Shown: one piece after another, positions 43,364 to 52,574 of the stretch | Numbering within the stretch: the stretch's first letter is position 1 | How the letters are laid out: every line of letters starts with the position of its first letter | Origin: an uncultured Christensenella sp. | GTDB taxonomy: Bacteria > Bacillota > Clostridia > Christensenellales > CAG-917 | Direction of reading: 5' to 3' | Length of the DNA: 64,000 bases | Assembly (NCBI GenBank): GCA_910578325.1 | Contig: CAJTQT010000001.1 | Span: 4,527-68,526, forward strand | The notes under the pieces: generated by a model | The model's input: the letters and a program-made list of their open reading frames with translations, nothing else | Database searches by the model: none | What the model was told of the DNA's origin: nothing | Translations under genes and position numbers: made by a program

Positions 43364-44857
43364 CTATTCTTTTTCGGGAGCCTGCGCCACGACGTAAATT
43401 CTGTCGGGAAACTGTTTGCGTTCGCTCTCCACACTCACTCCGCTTTCATACAGAAACATCGCGTGTCTGATGAAATCCGGACTTATCTTTTCTCCTTTAC
43501 ATATTATGGGACATCCCGGAGGGTACGCCCAGACGTTTTCGGCGCATACAAGTCCGGTTGAAGTATCAAGATTTGCAAATTCGCAGTTTAATTTATACGT
43601 TTCGTGCGGTTCAAATACCTTTTTCGGAATTTTAACGTTATTTATATTCACGAGTCCGTATCTTTCGTTCACTGAGTTTTCCATTGCGAAAACCGCTTCT
43701 GAAAGCGCGAGATACGCGTTTAACGAATCGCCCGCACCCGTCATTGCGAGCGCGTAATTTGCGCTTGCCATTTCAAGTTCGATCTTATAATCGCCGCGAA
43801 GTTCACGCATAAAAGATATGCCGCTTATCGCGCTGTCGACTGTCAGGAAAACAAGTTTGGTTTTATCGTACGCAAACACTCTGCCCTCTCCGTTGCCGTT
43901 GAACAGCCTTATACGCTTAAAACGGGACAGGCTTCGTCTGAATTTATCAACCTGTTCGCTCCACCTGTCGAGTTCGCGCAGACCGTCGCATTCGAAAAAC
44001 CGCATACAGCCCTCGATTGACGCCATCAGAACGTACGACGGCGAACTTGTCTGAAACACCGCAAGATTTCTGTCTATTGCGTTTACATCGACGTTGTCGC
44101 TGCAAATATGCAGAATCGCCGTCTGAGTTAGACAGGGAAGCGTCTTATGCAGACTGTTTACGACAACGTCCGCGCCGAGATTTCTCGCGCTCTGCTCAAA
44201 CTTTTTGCAAAGCCCCAGATGCGCGCCGTGCGCCTCGTCCACAAACAGTTTCGCATTGTGCGACCGACAGATTGCCGCTATGGATTTTATATCGGAAATC
44301 ACGCCCTCGTAGGTAGGACTCGTGACGACTACAAGCGTCACGTCAGGATGTTCGTCAAGCGCATTTGCTATATCCTCGGGCATTACGGAGCCGTAAAAAC
44401 CGTATTCCTCGAAGTATGCTGGCGCAACGTAATACGGACGCAAGCCGCACAACTCCACCGCATTGTACACGCTCCTGTGGCAATTTCGGGCAACGAGTAT
44501 TCCGTCCCCGCTCGACGTCATCGCTCTGATTGCCGCAAGCACTCCGGCAGTACTTCCGCAAGTGAGATATCTGCTCTCTCTCACCCCGTACAGATCTGCC
44601 GCCCTGCGCTGCGCGTCGGCGAGAACGCCGTTGCAATTGTGCAGATTGTCAAATCCCTCGATTTCCGTAATATCCATTTCCTGCAAATTGCTCAGAAACG
44701 AATAGTCCTTAGAACGCTTATGTCCGGGCATATGAAAAGGAATATAGCCCTCTTGCGAGTGCTCGCGCAAAAGCATTGCAACCGACTTTGCATCCCGCGA
44801 TTTCACGCCCGCGACCGCTTTACCCGACGTTTGAATGTTTTTAAATTTCTTTCTCAT
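43364..44857 (-). CDS. PLP-dependent Orn/Lys/Arg decarboxylase family protein (YaaO/SpeA-like)
   Basis: IPFHMPGHK, the SLHKTL (PLP lysine) block and a C-terminal OKR_DC_1_C-like domain are present. 497 aa. Confidence 0.85.
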   Translation of the reverse strand: MRKKFKNIQTSGKAVAGVKSRDAKSVAMLLREHSQEGYIPFHMPGHKRSKDYSFLSNLQEMDITEIEGFDNLHNCNGVLADAQRRAADLYGVRESRYLTCGSTAGVLAAIRAMTSSGDGILVARNCHRSVYNAVELCGLRPYYVAPAYFEEYGFYGSVMPEDIANALDEHPDVTLVVVTSPTYEGVISDIKSIAAICRSHNAKLFVDEAHGAHLGLCKKFEQSARNLGADVVVNSLHKTLPCLTQTAILHICSDNVDVNAIDRNLAVFQTSSPSYVLMASIEGCMRFFECDGLRELDRWSEQVDKFRRSLSRFKRIRLFNGNGEGRVFAYDKTKLVFLTVDSAISGISFMRELRGDYKIELEMASANYALAMTGAGDSLNAYLALSEAVFAMENSVNERYGLVNINNVKIPKKVFEPHETYKLNCEFANLDTSTGLVCAENVWAYPPGCPIICKGEKISPDFIRHAMFLYESGVSVESERKQFPDRIYVVAQAPEKE

Positions 44858-44955
44858 ATTTTCAGTATAGCATAGATTTATAAAAAGAATATAGCATTTA
44901 TTTGTCTGTTATGGTATAATAAACATATTAAATTTGCGAAACGGGATAAAATCGT

Positions 44956-45747
44956 ATGCCTGTAAAAGTAAAATCACGAATTCTATATGCAATCTGCGCG
45001 GCAATTCTCGTTGCCGTATTCGCGATAGGTCTGTGCGCCTGCAACAAGGAGCAGTCTCCTTACGCGTCCGATAACGCCTTCGAAATCGAGATTTCCGATT
45101 CCGAAGACGCGCTCGTTTTCGCGCCAAAAGGCTTTTCATACACTTACGGCGTAATCTTTTACGTAGGCGCGCTTGTAGAGCCGACATATTATAGTTATTT
45201 AGGCGAAGCGCTTGCAAAGCAGGGGTATCTCGCTGTATTTCCCAAAATCGACGGAAACAATGCGTATAACAATTATACGGAATCCGAACCTGCGCTCGAA
45301 AAATACAAAAAAGTGAAATTCTTTATAGCGGGACACGATTTCGGCGGCGGCGCGGCTGTACGCAGAGCGTCCGAAAACGTCGGAGCAATAGGGGTAATGC
45401 TGTATGCGCCGCTCGGTTTTGCTAAACAGAAATTCGATGAAAACGGAAAACTGGAATATGACGATGACGGAAACGTAGTCTGGGAGCATTACAGCATTGC
45501 AGGATTGAGCATTCCCACCCTTCTTGTCGAAACGGACGACGCTTTGCGCACGGAGGATCTGAAACTTGCCGCAACGCAGCATACCGATGCTTCGAGCACG
45601 GAGATCGTGCTTTTGACGAACTCCGATTCGATTTCTTTCAGTTCGATTGACGCGTTCTCTTCGCTTACCGAAGAACAGCGGAGCGCTCAGCGGGAAAACA
45701 CATTGAACCACACCCTGTCTTTCCTCAAAAAGGTTGTTTGCGGATGA
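44956..45747 (+). CDS. Lipoprotein with alpha/beta-hydrolase-like fold
   Basis: Lipobox GLCAC. The nucleophile-elbow-like segment reads FFIAGHDFGGGAAV, with Asp where most hydrolases have Ser. Confidence 0.55.
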   Translation: MPVKVKSRILYAICAAILVAVFAIGLCACNKEQSPYASDNAFEIEISDSEDALVFAPKGFSYTYGVIFYVGALVEPTYYSYLGEALAKQGYLAVFPKIDGNNAYNNYTESEPALEKYKKVKFFIAGHDFGGGAAVRRASENVGAIGVMLYAPLGFAKQKFDENGKLEYDDDGNVVWEHYSIAGLSIPTLLVETDDALRTEDLKLAATQHTDASSTEIVLLTNSDSISFSSIDAFSSLTEEQRSAQRENTLNHTLSFLKKVVCG

Positions 45748-45770
45748 CGGAGACTAACTGACTATATTCA

Positions 45771-45796
45771 AAAAGAGCGGATTTCCGCTCTTTTTT
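45771..45796. terminator. Bidirectional rho-independent terminator
   Basis: AAAAGAGCGG-ATTT-CCGCTCTTTTTT between convergent genes. Confidence 0.75.
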
Positions 45797-45863
45797 ATTA
45801 CTCCTGTTATCACATAAATTATATCCGACAACGCTTACAAAAGATTATCCGCTAAGAGTTTTA

Positions 45864-46841
45864 TCAGTCTATTGTGAACATTACGGTGTTGTATTTATAT
45901 GGATATTTTATACACTCGTCGTAGATTTTGGGCAATTCGCCGAAGTCCTCTCGGGCAGTGATAATCCCGTCCGTATGCACAATGCTGTTTGCAAGCAGAT
46001 TTATCGCGGACGGCATTTCTCCCGCGCCGTTGCAAACGCCTTTGACGACAAGTTGCTTTTTCATAATGATATTCATATCGACGTGGTGTTGATTGCACGC
46101 GCTGTGTCCCGCTATGACAACTTCGCTCGCGTTCTTTACAAGCCTGAGAGCCGCGTTGAGTCCGACGCCTTCCGCCGTGAAAACCGCCGCCTCGCACATA
46201 CGTCCGCCCGTAATCTGTTCCACCCTGCGTTCGAGGTTGTCGAAAGTCGGATTGAGAGTATAATACACTCCCCACTTCTTTGCGAGTTCCAGTTTCTCCT
46301 CGTCCAAATCGACAAGTACGGGCACCATCTGATAATACATAGCCAACTGGCAGAGAATCAGCCCCAGCGTTCCTGCGCCAACAACTACTACGTAATCGCC
46401 CTCTTCGCAGGATAACGCCGAAAACACTTTGTTGCCCATAGCGATATAGTCCGCAAAAACAGCGTCTTCGTCCGCAATTCCGTCGGGCAGGTTGAACACG
46501 TTCTGCAAAGGTACGCAGACGAAATCCTGCATAAGTCCGTCGGTGTCGACTCCCATAGTCTTTATCGCTTTAACACCGTGTTCGACAACGTGCAGATAAG
46601 GGCTGACCACCACTCGGGAACCGAGTTTAAAGCCGAACTCTTCATTGTCTTCCGTCACGTGCGCAATCGCGGCGTGTCCGGGGACAGTGACGGAGTCGTT
46701 CTGCCGCTGAGCAAAACAGGCTACGTCCATTGCCGACAGTGCGACTTTGGATATCTTGACTTTTATCTCGCCCTCGCGGGGAGCAAGAGTGCCTTCTTCG
46801 AGATTGAATTCATTGAAATTTCCGATACGCCACGCTTTCAT
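45864..46841 (-). CDS. Medium-chain dehydrogenase/reductase (alcohol/polyol dehydrogenase-like)
   Basis: GroES-like N-terminus and a Rossmann VVVGAGTLGL motif. The usual catalytic-Zn GHE block reads GHAAIAH. I chose the ATG at 46841 (MKAWRI) behind AAAGGA. Confidence 0.7.
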   Translation of the reverse strand: MKAWRIGNFNEFNLEEGTLAPREGEIKVKISKVALSAMDVACFAQRQNDSVTVPGHAAIAHVTEDNEEFGFKLGSRVVVSPYLHVVEHGVKAIKTMGVDTDGLMQDFVCVPLQNVFNLPDGIADEDAVFADYIAMGNKVFSALSCEEGDYVVVVGAGTLGLILCQLAMYYQMVPVLVDLDEEKLELAKKWGVYYTLNPTFDNLERRVEQITGGRMCEAAVFTAEGVGLNAALRLVKNASEVVIAGHSACNQHHVDMNIIMKKQLVVKGVCNGAGEMPSAINLLANSIVHTDGIITAREDFGELPKIYDECIKYPYKYNTVMFTID

Positions 46842-46966
46842 AATCAAGTCCTTTCTATATATTTTACCACACAAGGCGGAATTTGGCAACACCGCGTTGA
46901 TCTATAACATTTTAGCGCGCGTCCTGTACCGAAAACGCCGCATTCAACAAATATAAACTTTTACGG

Positions 46967-48460
46967 TTACGGGCAAACTCCGCAGTCATCGCACAGGCGT
47001 GTGATGCATTTGTTTTGTTCCGGAAGAGCGAAAGGCGGCTCTTCTGAAATCTCGAATCTCTCGCGTCTTATGTTTTCGTCCGCATATAGATAAATTCTCT
47101 TATCAGCCCACGCCGTTTCCACGTGTTTTTGCAGTATTCCGCTTTGAATCAACATCTCGTACAGCCCCGGATACACGCCTACGTAAGCGGTTCCGCGCCT
47201 GTGCGCCAACATAAAGTCCACAAGTTCTTCTCTGAGCATAAACGCAAGTTGCGCGTCGCTGATAACAAAACCGCTTTCGCAGAGTTTACAGGGTTGCAAC
47301 ATAAAATCGTCTATGGGAAGCCTTGTCTTCTTGCGCGTGAGTTCTACCAGTCCGAGCGCGGTCATCCCCACAGTTGTGGTTTTCAGACGGTCGTGTTTGA
47401 GAACCCGTTTCAATTCGGCAACGACGGCGTCCCTGTGTTCTTCGAGCGCCATATCTATAAAATCGATGATGACGATTCCGCTGATATTGCGAATACGCAA
47501 CTGTTTTGCAATGCACTCCACCGCAAGCATATTCGTCTTAAAAACCGTATCTTCCAAGTCCCGCGAGCCGACGAATTTACCCGTATTAACGTCGATAACC
47601 GTGCACGCTTCGGTTTTGTCTATTACAATATATGCGCCGTTTGACATTGCGACTTTGCGGTCGCACAAATGATTTATCTGCGTACTAAGCCCGAAATGCG
47701 ACATAATGTTTCGTTCACCGCAATAAACTTCCACCTGCGCTCCGCCCAAGCCGCACAACTTATCCGCGATATCCGCGTCGTTTACAACCACTCTGTCCAG
47801 ATGTTCCCCGAAAGTATCGCGTATGGCGCGTTCAAACAGAGTCGCCTCCTCGAATACCGCGCATTTTTCTGGAGTACGTTCATAGTCCGACAGCACTTTT
47901 TTCCAAAGCGCGACAAGCCTTTTTGCGTCGCGCACTATATCGTCGTCGTCCGCCTTGTCCGACGCGGAGCGGATTATAAATCCCGAACCCTCGGGACATA
48001 CGGACTTTACAAGTGCTTCGAGATACTCGCGGCGTTCCTCGTTTTCGATTTTTCGCGACACGCCGATAAAATCAGACGTGGGTAGGTATACGAGATACGC
48101 ACCCGCAAGCGTAATATCCGTCGTCAGCCGCGCTCCTTTCTGCCCAAACTGGTCTTTTACAACCTGACACATTACGGTGTCGCCCGCCGAGAGGTTTTGG
48201 CTCTTCTTCGGCATAACGCTGTGCAGTCTGCTCTTATCGACAAGGGAGTCTCCGACGTACAGAAATCCGTTGCGTTCAAGGCCTATGTTTACAAACGCGG
48301 CCTTCATTCCGCCGAGCACATTCTCGACCTTTCCTTTGTAGATATTTCCTACAATACCCTTTACACTTGTCATCTCAACCGAAAATTCCAGCATTTCGCC
48401 GTCCTCGACAAGTGCGGCGCGAGTGCAGTAAGGTGTGTAGTCAAGTATGAGTTGTTTCAC
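46967..48460 (-). CDS. rng: Ribonuclease G/E family endoribonuclease
   Basis: S1 domain (GNIYKGKVENVLGGMKAAFVNIG) and RNase E/G catalytic core (VIDVNTGKF, IIIDFIDM) are present. Confidence 0.9.
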   Translation of the reverse strand: MKQLILDYTPYCTRAALVEDGEMLEFSVEMTSVKGIVGNIYKGKVENVLGGMKAAFVNIGLERNGFLYVGDSLVDKSRLHSVMPKKSQNLSAGDTVMCQVVKDQFGQKGARLTTDITLAGAYLVYLPTSDFIGVSRKIENEERREYLEALVKSVCPEGSGFIIRSASDKADDDDIVRDAKRLVALWKKVLSDYERTPEKCAVFEEATLFERAIRDTFGEHLDRVVVNDADIADKLCGLGGAQVEVYCGERNIMSHFGLSTQINHLCDRKVAMSNGAYIVIDKTEACTVIDVNTGKFVGSRDLEDTVFKTNMLAVECIAKQLRIRNISGIVIIDFIDMALEEHRDAVVAELKRVLKHDRLKTTTVGMTALGLVELTRKKTRLPIDDFMLQPCKLCESGFVISDAQLAFMLREELVDFMLAHRRGTAYVGVYPGLYEMLIQSGILQKHVETAWADKRIYLYADENIRRERFEISEEPPFALPEQNKCITRLCDDCGVCP

Positions 48461-48555
48461 GGTGTCCTCTTACACTATCATTTGAATTTTTATCATAACC
48501 GAACGTTTATATGCGGGAAATGATCAAATAAACGTTATTTATTGCAATTCCGAAG

Positions 48556-49212
48556 TCAATCGGATCTCTTTTCCGCTTTAAGCAGATACTCGTCCGCAGA
48601 GACAAATCCGTCCCCGACTTTCACAAACTGTTCAATTTTGACGACATCCTGAACATTCAGATTAAGACCTCTGGTCTTATTCAGCGCGGCAATCACTCTG
48701 TCAGGTCTGAGGTTCACGTTGCCGCTTGCAAGTCTCATCGAAAGTCTGCCGTTGGCGTCATACACCCCGAATATTTTGTCCGACGCGTTTTCTAAAACCG
48801 TCTGTCCTTTTTTCTCGTATTCTATCTGGAATCCGCCGGCCGTATCGATGTCGAAATACTCCGTATCGAAAACGTAATCCGCCGCGGAAATCACCGCCTG
48901 TAAGTTCGGATTTTTGCCGCAATCGAAGCACTCCACCGCTTTAAGCGACGGCATTACCGAATTGTTGTAACGTTCAAAAACTTCCTGTTTCGACATATCG
49001 GTGTCAATCGCGATATACTCCGAAAAAGAAGTGACTCCAACCGCAGTCGGCGGCGAAAAGAAAACGAGCGCGTGCGGATTGAATCCCTGTGAAAACTTTA
49101 CGGGAATCTGCGCGCGCCGCAATATTCTGGACGCGTGCCTCAGCATATCTATGTGCGAAATAAACCGCGCGCCGTCCTTTTTTTCATATTTCAAAACAAT
49201 CATATAGTGCAC
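48556..49212 (-). CDS. Radical-SAM-associated protein (DUF2344 / TIGR03936-like)
   Basis: The FSQGFNPH motif, about 218 aa, a 13-nt overlap with the upstream B12-binding radical SAM gene, and the conserved pairing upstream of rng in Firmicutes support the call. Confidence 0.75.
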   Translation of the reverse strand: MHYMIVLKYEKKDGARFISHIDMLRHASRILRRAQIPVKFSQGFNPHALVFFSPPTAVGVTSFSEYIAIDTDMSKQEVFERYNNSVMPSLKAVECFDCGKNPNLQAVISAADYVFDTEYFDIDTAGGFQIEYEKKGQTVLENASDKIFGVYDANGRLSMRLASGNVNLRPDRVIAALNKTRGLNLNVQDVVKIEQFVKVGDGFVSADEYLLKAEKRSD

Positions 49213-50963
49213 CTCGCGCTACGGTTTGCTCCGCACGCATTGCAACCTTCGCGACAGTTTCTCGTCGTCCTGCCTGCATAAGCGTTTTCACGCTCTTTAA
49301 GAAGATATTCTTTGGAAACGCCGCAATCGATAAAATCCCACGGCAGGGGCTGCGACAGGTCGCGGGCGCAGACGTACTCTTCCACGCTCAGACCGCATTC
49401 TGCAAACGCGCGTGTCCAGACGTCCCACTTGAACCCCTCCGTCCAAGCGTCGAATTTTGCTCCGAGCCTGTACGCTCTTTCTACAACCGCGCTCAACCGT
49501 CTGTCTCCCCTTGCAAGCGCGGCTTCGAGCACCGAAGTTTCCGCTCCGTGCCAAGAGAACGTAACGCCCTTTATTTCCCTTAGTAATCCTCTCAGATAAC
49601 TCTGCTTTCTAAGCATTTCTTCAAAACTTATCTGCGCCTCCCACTGAAACGGAGTACACGGTTTCGGGATAAACACCGCGCAACTTACAGATATATTCAA
49701 TCCTCTTTTGCGGCGCTTCTGATAATAAAGATTTTTCAACCGCTTGCAGATTTCCGCGATACCTGCGATATCCTCGTCCGTCTCGGTCGGAAGCCCGAGC
49801 ATAAAATAGAGTTTTATGCTTTCGTATCCGACTTCGAACGCTTCCGCGAGATTGTCTATCTCCTCGTCGGTGACGTTTTTATTTATTACGTTTCTCAATC
49901 TTTGAGTCCCCGCCTCCGGCGCGAACGTAAGCGAACTTCTCCTTGAACGCATAACCATATCCGACTTAAAGGAACTGATACGCAGACTCGGCAACGCAAG
50001 ATTGACGTGCTTTTCGTCGCAAAAGGGGACGAGTTCGTTTTCAAGGTCGAGCAATCCCGAATAATCGCCCGTCGACAGCGAACACAGCGACATCTCGCCG
50101 AAGCCCGTACTGTTTATCATCTCCTTTCCGAGCAACGCGCACTTCTGCGCACTGCGCTCTCTTATGGGACGGTACCAGAACCCCGCCTGACAGAATCTGC
50201 AACCGCTGCCGCAGCCTCTGTACAGTTCGAGCACGGCACGGTCGTGCACTGATTCGAGATTCGGCACAAGCGGACGCGTGGGGAACGGCGCGTTTTCAAA
50301 ATCGCGTACGACCGCTTTTCTGACAGTTTCGCCGTCCTTGTGCAGAGAGGGCACGTATGCGCCCTCGACGTCCTTTATCAACGCGAGTATTTCAGACTTT
50401 TTAAGTCCGCGTTTTCTTCCGTCGGACACTATGCGCAGTATTTTCAAGTCCGCCTCTTCACCTTCGCCGCAGACGATTACGTCAAAATAATCCGCAAAAG
50501 GCTCGGGGTTGACCGAGCACGGTCCTCCCGCTATAATCACGGGATACTCCTCTCCTCTGTCCTTAGCATAAAACGGGATCCGGGCAAGGTCCAACATATA
50601 CAGCACGTTGGTATACAGCAATTCGAAACCGACCGAAAAACCCACGACCGTAAAATCTTTAAGCGGCTTTTTGCTTTCGACAGACAAGAGCGGAATGCCG
50701 CTTTCTCTAAGTTTTTCGGCAAGGTCCTTTGCGGGCGCAAAGCACCTCTCCGCCACGAAATCGCTGTCGGAATTGATCATGTCGTAGAGAATCTGAACCC
50801 CGAGATTGCTCATACCTATCTCGTACAGTTCGGGGAAACAGAAGCACATATCGCCTATATGCGGTTTGTTTACGTCGGGAGTATTCCACTCTCCGCCGCA
50901 GTACCTTGCCGGCTTTTCCACTTCCGATAAAATTTTGTTGAATCTATCTTGCAAATTTTTCAT
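49200..50963 (-). CDS. B12-binding-domain radical SAM protein (TIGR03960-like)
   Basis: CGSGCRFC cluster motif (CxxxCxxC), an N-terminal B12-binding-like domain, and 587 aa. Confidence 0.8.
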   Translation of the reverse strand: MKNLQDRFNKILSEVEKPARYCGGEWNTPDVNKPHIGDMCFCFPELYEIGMSNLGVQILYDMINSDSDFVAERCFAPAKDLAEKLRESGIPLLSVESKKPLKDFTVVGFSVGFELLYTNVLYMLDLARIPFYAKDRGEEYPVIIAGGPCSVNPEPFADYFDVIVCGEGEEADLKILRIVSDGRKRGLKKSEILALIKDVEGAYVPSLHKDGETVRKAVVRDFENAPFPTRPLVPNLESVHDRAVLELYRGCGSGCRFCQAGFWYRPIRERSAQKCALLGKEMINSTGFGEMSLCSLSTGDYSGLLDLENELVPFCDEKHVNLALPSLRISSFKSDMVMRSRRSSLTFAPEAGTQRLRNVINKNVTDEEIDNLAEAFEVGYESIKLYFMLGLPTETDEDIAGIAEICKRLKNLYYQKRRKRGLNISVSCAVFIPKPCTPFQWEAQISFEEMLRKQSYLRGLLREIKGVTFSWHGAETSVLEAALARGDRRLSAVVERAYRLGAKFDAWTEGFKWDVWTRAFAECGLSVEEYVCARDLSQPLPWDFIDCGVSKEYLLKERENAYAGRTTRNCREGCNACGANRSARCTI

Positions 50964-50996
50964 ACCGTTGATATAACGCGCCTACACGCGTTCGAA

Positions 50997-51941
50997 TCAA
51001 AAACAAAGCGCCGCCGCGCCTATTATACCCGCGTCGTTTCTGAGCGTTGCCGCCACAACTTTGATTTCTGGATTGTACTCCGCTCCGTAAACATTTTCCG
51101 AAACGTATTTCTGCAACGGCTTGACAAAACTCTCGCCCTGATTTGAAATCCCTCCGCCGATAATGATGACTTCGGGGAAAAATATATTCGCAAACGTGAC
51201 AAGTCCCGCGCCGACGTATTCTATATAGCGTTGCAAAGTTTCCGACGCTACGGCATCCCCCATCTGAGCGCAGGTAAATACGGTTTTTCCGTCAACGCCG
51301 TGTTCGAGCGCGTATTTTGCAAGCAGACTGTCGGGGTGTTTTGCGCAAGCCTCGCTAACCTGAGATATCAGCGCGGTTGCCGAGGCATACGCTTCGTAAT
51401 GCCCGCGCTTTTTACAGCCGCAGGTTGCGCCGCCTATGTTTATCTGAATATGTCCGCCTTCCGCGCCCGCCGAGCAATTGCCAGTCAGCAATTTTCCGTC
51501 GACTACGATTCCCGTGCCGACGCCCGTGCCGAGAGTTACCAGCACACTGTTCTCCGCGCCGTTGCCCGCTCCGAACAGAGTTTCGCCGAGCGCGGCGCAG
51601 TTTGCGTCGTTGCTCACTTTCACAACCTCGACGTTAAGAAGAGATTTCATCATATCAACTATGGGAGTATTTCTGAAATTTATATTGCAACTGTATCTTA
51701 CAACGCCCTTTTCATCGTGTACCGAACCGGGACAGCCTATCCCGACTCCGCATATCTCCGATTTATCCGTTCCGCTTTTGCGAAGCACGTCCTCCGCGAG
51801 GGCGGCGATATCCTTTACAATCTCCGTGTCCGCTTCGCCTGCGCGTATAGGCGCGGCGTCCTTAAATAAAAGCGAACCGTCGCGCGAAACAACGCCGCAC
51901 TTGACGCTCATTCCGCCGATGTCTATGCCTAAGTATTTCAT
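50997..51941 (-). CDS. glcK: ROK-family glucokinase
   Basis: MKYLGIDIGGMSVKCG, the ROK signature region and a CGCKKRGHYE zinc motif are present. I chose the ATG at 51941 because a consensus promoter occupies the extended N-terminus of the track ORF. Confidence 0.85.
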   Translation of the reverse strand: MKYLGIDIGGMSVKCGVVSRDGSLLFKDAAPIRAGEADTEIVKDIAALAEDVLRKSGTDKSEICGVGIGCPGSVHDEKGVVRYSCNINFRNTPIVDMMKSLLNVEVVKVSNDANCAALGETLFGAGNGAENSVLVTLGTGVGTGIVVDGKLLTGNCSAGAEGGHIQINIGGATCGCKKRGHYEAYASATALISQVSEACAKHPDSLLAKYALEHGVDGKTVFTCAQMGDAVASETLQRYIEYVGAGLVTFANIFFPEVIIIGGGISNQGESFVKPLQKYVSENVYGAEYNPEIKVVAATLRNDAGIIGAAALCF

Positions 51942-51981
51942 AAATTTCCCCCGTTGCGAATTATATATAAAATCTTTTAAT

Positions 51982-52010
51982 ATTTTATAATATTGCATCT
52001 GAATTGTCAA
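51982..52010 (-). promoter_or_regulatory. Sigma-A promoter of glcK
   Basis: The minus strand reads TTGACA (52010-52005), a 17-nt spacer, then TAAAAT (51987-51982). Confidence 0.6.
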
Positions 52011-52036
52011 ACGAATAAAAAAGTGCTTGTAGAATG

Positions 52037-52063
52037 AAAAAAAGCACTCATAAAGAGTGCTTT
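52037..52063 (-). terminator. Rho-independent terminator closing the candidate sRNA
   Basis: On the minus strand, AAAGCACUC-UUUAU-GAGUGCUUU is followed by a U run. Its 3' arm can alternatively pair with AAGCACU (52028-52022), which is also followed by a U run. Confidence 0.7.
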
Positions 52064-52066
52064 TAG

Positions 52067-52164
52067 TCTTTGGTGTTTAAAAACTCATAAGTATTTCAAC
52101 AAACCTTAGTAACCCGAACTCTTTGGTGTTTCAAGTCGCGTTAGTTTCTCGAAAATCCTTAGTA
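52067..52164 (-). repeat. Two tandem 45-nt units sharing conserved ends
   Basis: The units at 52120-52164 and 52067-52111 (read on the minus strand) both have the form UACUAAGG-N25-AAACACCAAAGA. The period is 53 nt. Confidence 0.8.
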
Positions 52165-52173
52165 TATGATGAT

Positions 52174-52202
52174 ATATTACTACAAATTGCGACGAATGTC
52201 AA
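52174..52202 (-). promoter_or_regulatory. Consensus sigma-A promoter of the candidate sRNA
   Basis: The minus strand reads TTGACA (52202-52197), a 17-nt spacer, then TAATAT (52179-52174). Confidence 0.6.
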
Positions 52203-52352
52203 CAAATTTCGCGCTTAATTATAAATAAATCTCGCGCAACCCCTCAAGTTTAACAGAACGTTTAACTTCCTTTCAACCCCTCAACGCTTATCCGCACATC
52301 ACAAACAGATGTAAGCGTCATACTAGCCGCGCGATGATTATACAATTTCAAA

Positions 52353-52574
52353 ATGGAATACGGTTTGAAAACTACGGTCGGCAAAAATCTCAAAGAAAGC
52401 CGCACCGCCGCAGGGTACACTCAGGCGCAGGTTGCAAAACTAATGAATATGACGCAACAGCAATACAGTCGGTTTGAAAACGGCATATTCGAACTCAACT
52501 ATGACCAACTCGTATATCTTTGCACGCTTTTCGACGTTTCAAGCGATTTTTTATTAGGTCTTTCGCTGTTTTAA
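52353..52574 (+). CDS. Small XRE-family HTH transcriptional regulator (73 aa)
   Basis: GKNLKESRTAAGYTQAQVAKLMNMTQQQYSRFENG is a canonical Cro/C1 HTH. No SD is visible. TACAAT ends 6 nt before the ATG, so a leaderless transcript is possible. Confidence 0.75.
   Translation: MEYGLKTTVGKNLKESRTAAGYTQAQVAKLMNMTQQQYSRFENGIFELNYDQLVYLCTLFDVSSDFLLGLSLF

Larger units (their letters stand above)
52037..52167 (-). ncRNA. Candidate small RNA of about 130 nt with two 45-nt repeat units (unassigned family)
   Basis: It is bracketed by a consensus promoter (52174-52202) and an intrinsic terminator (52037-52063). There is no ORF with an RBS. The downstream gene glcK has its own promoter. Confidence 0.45.
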
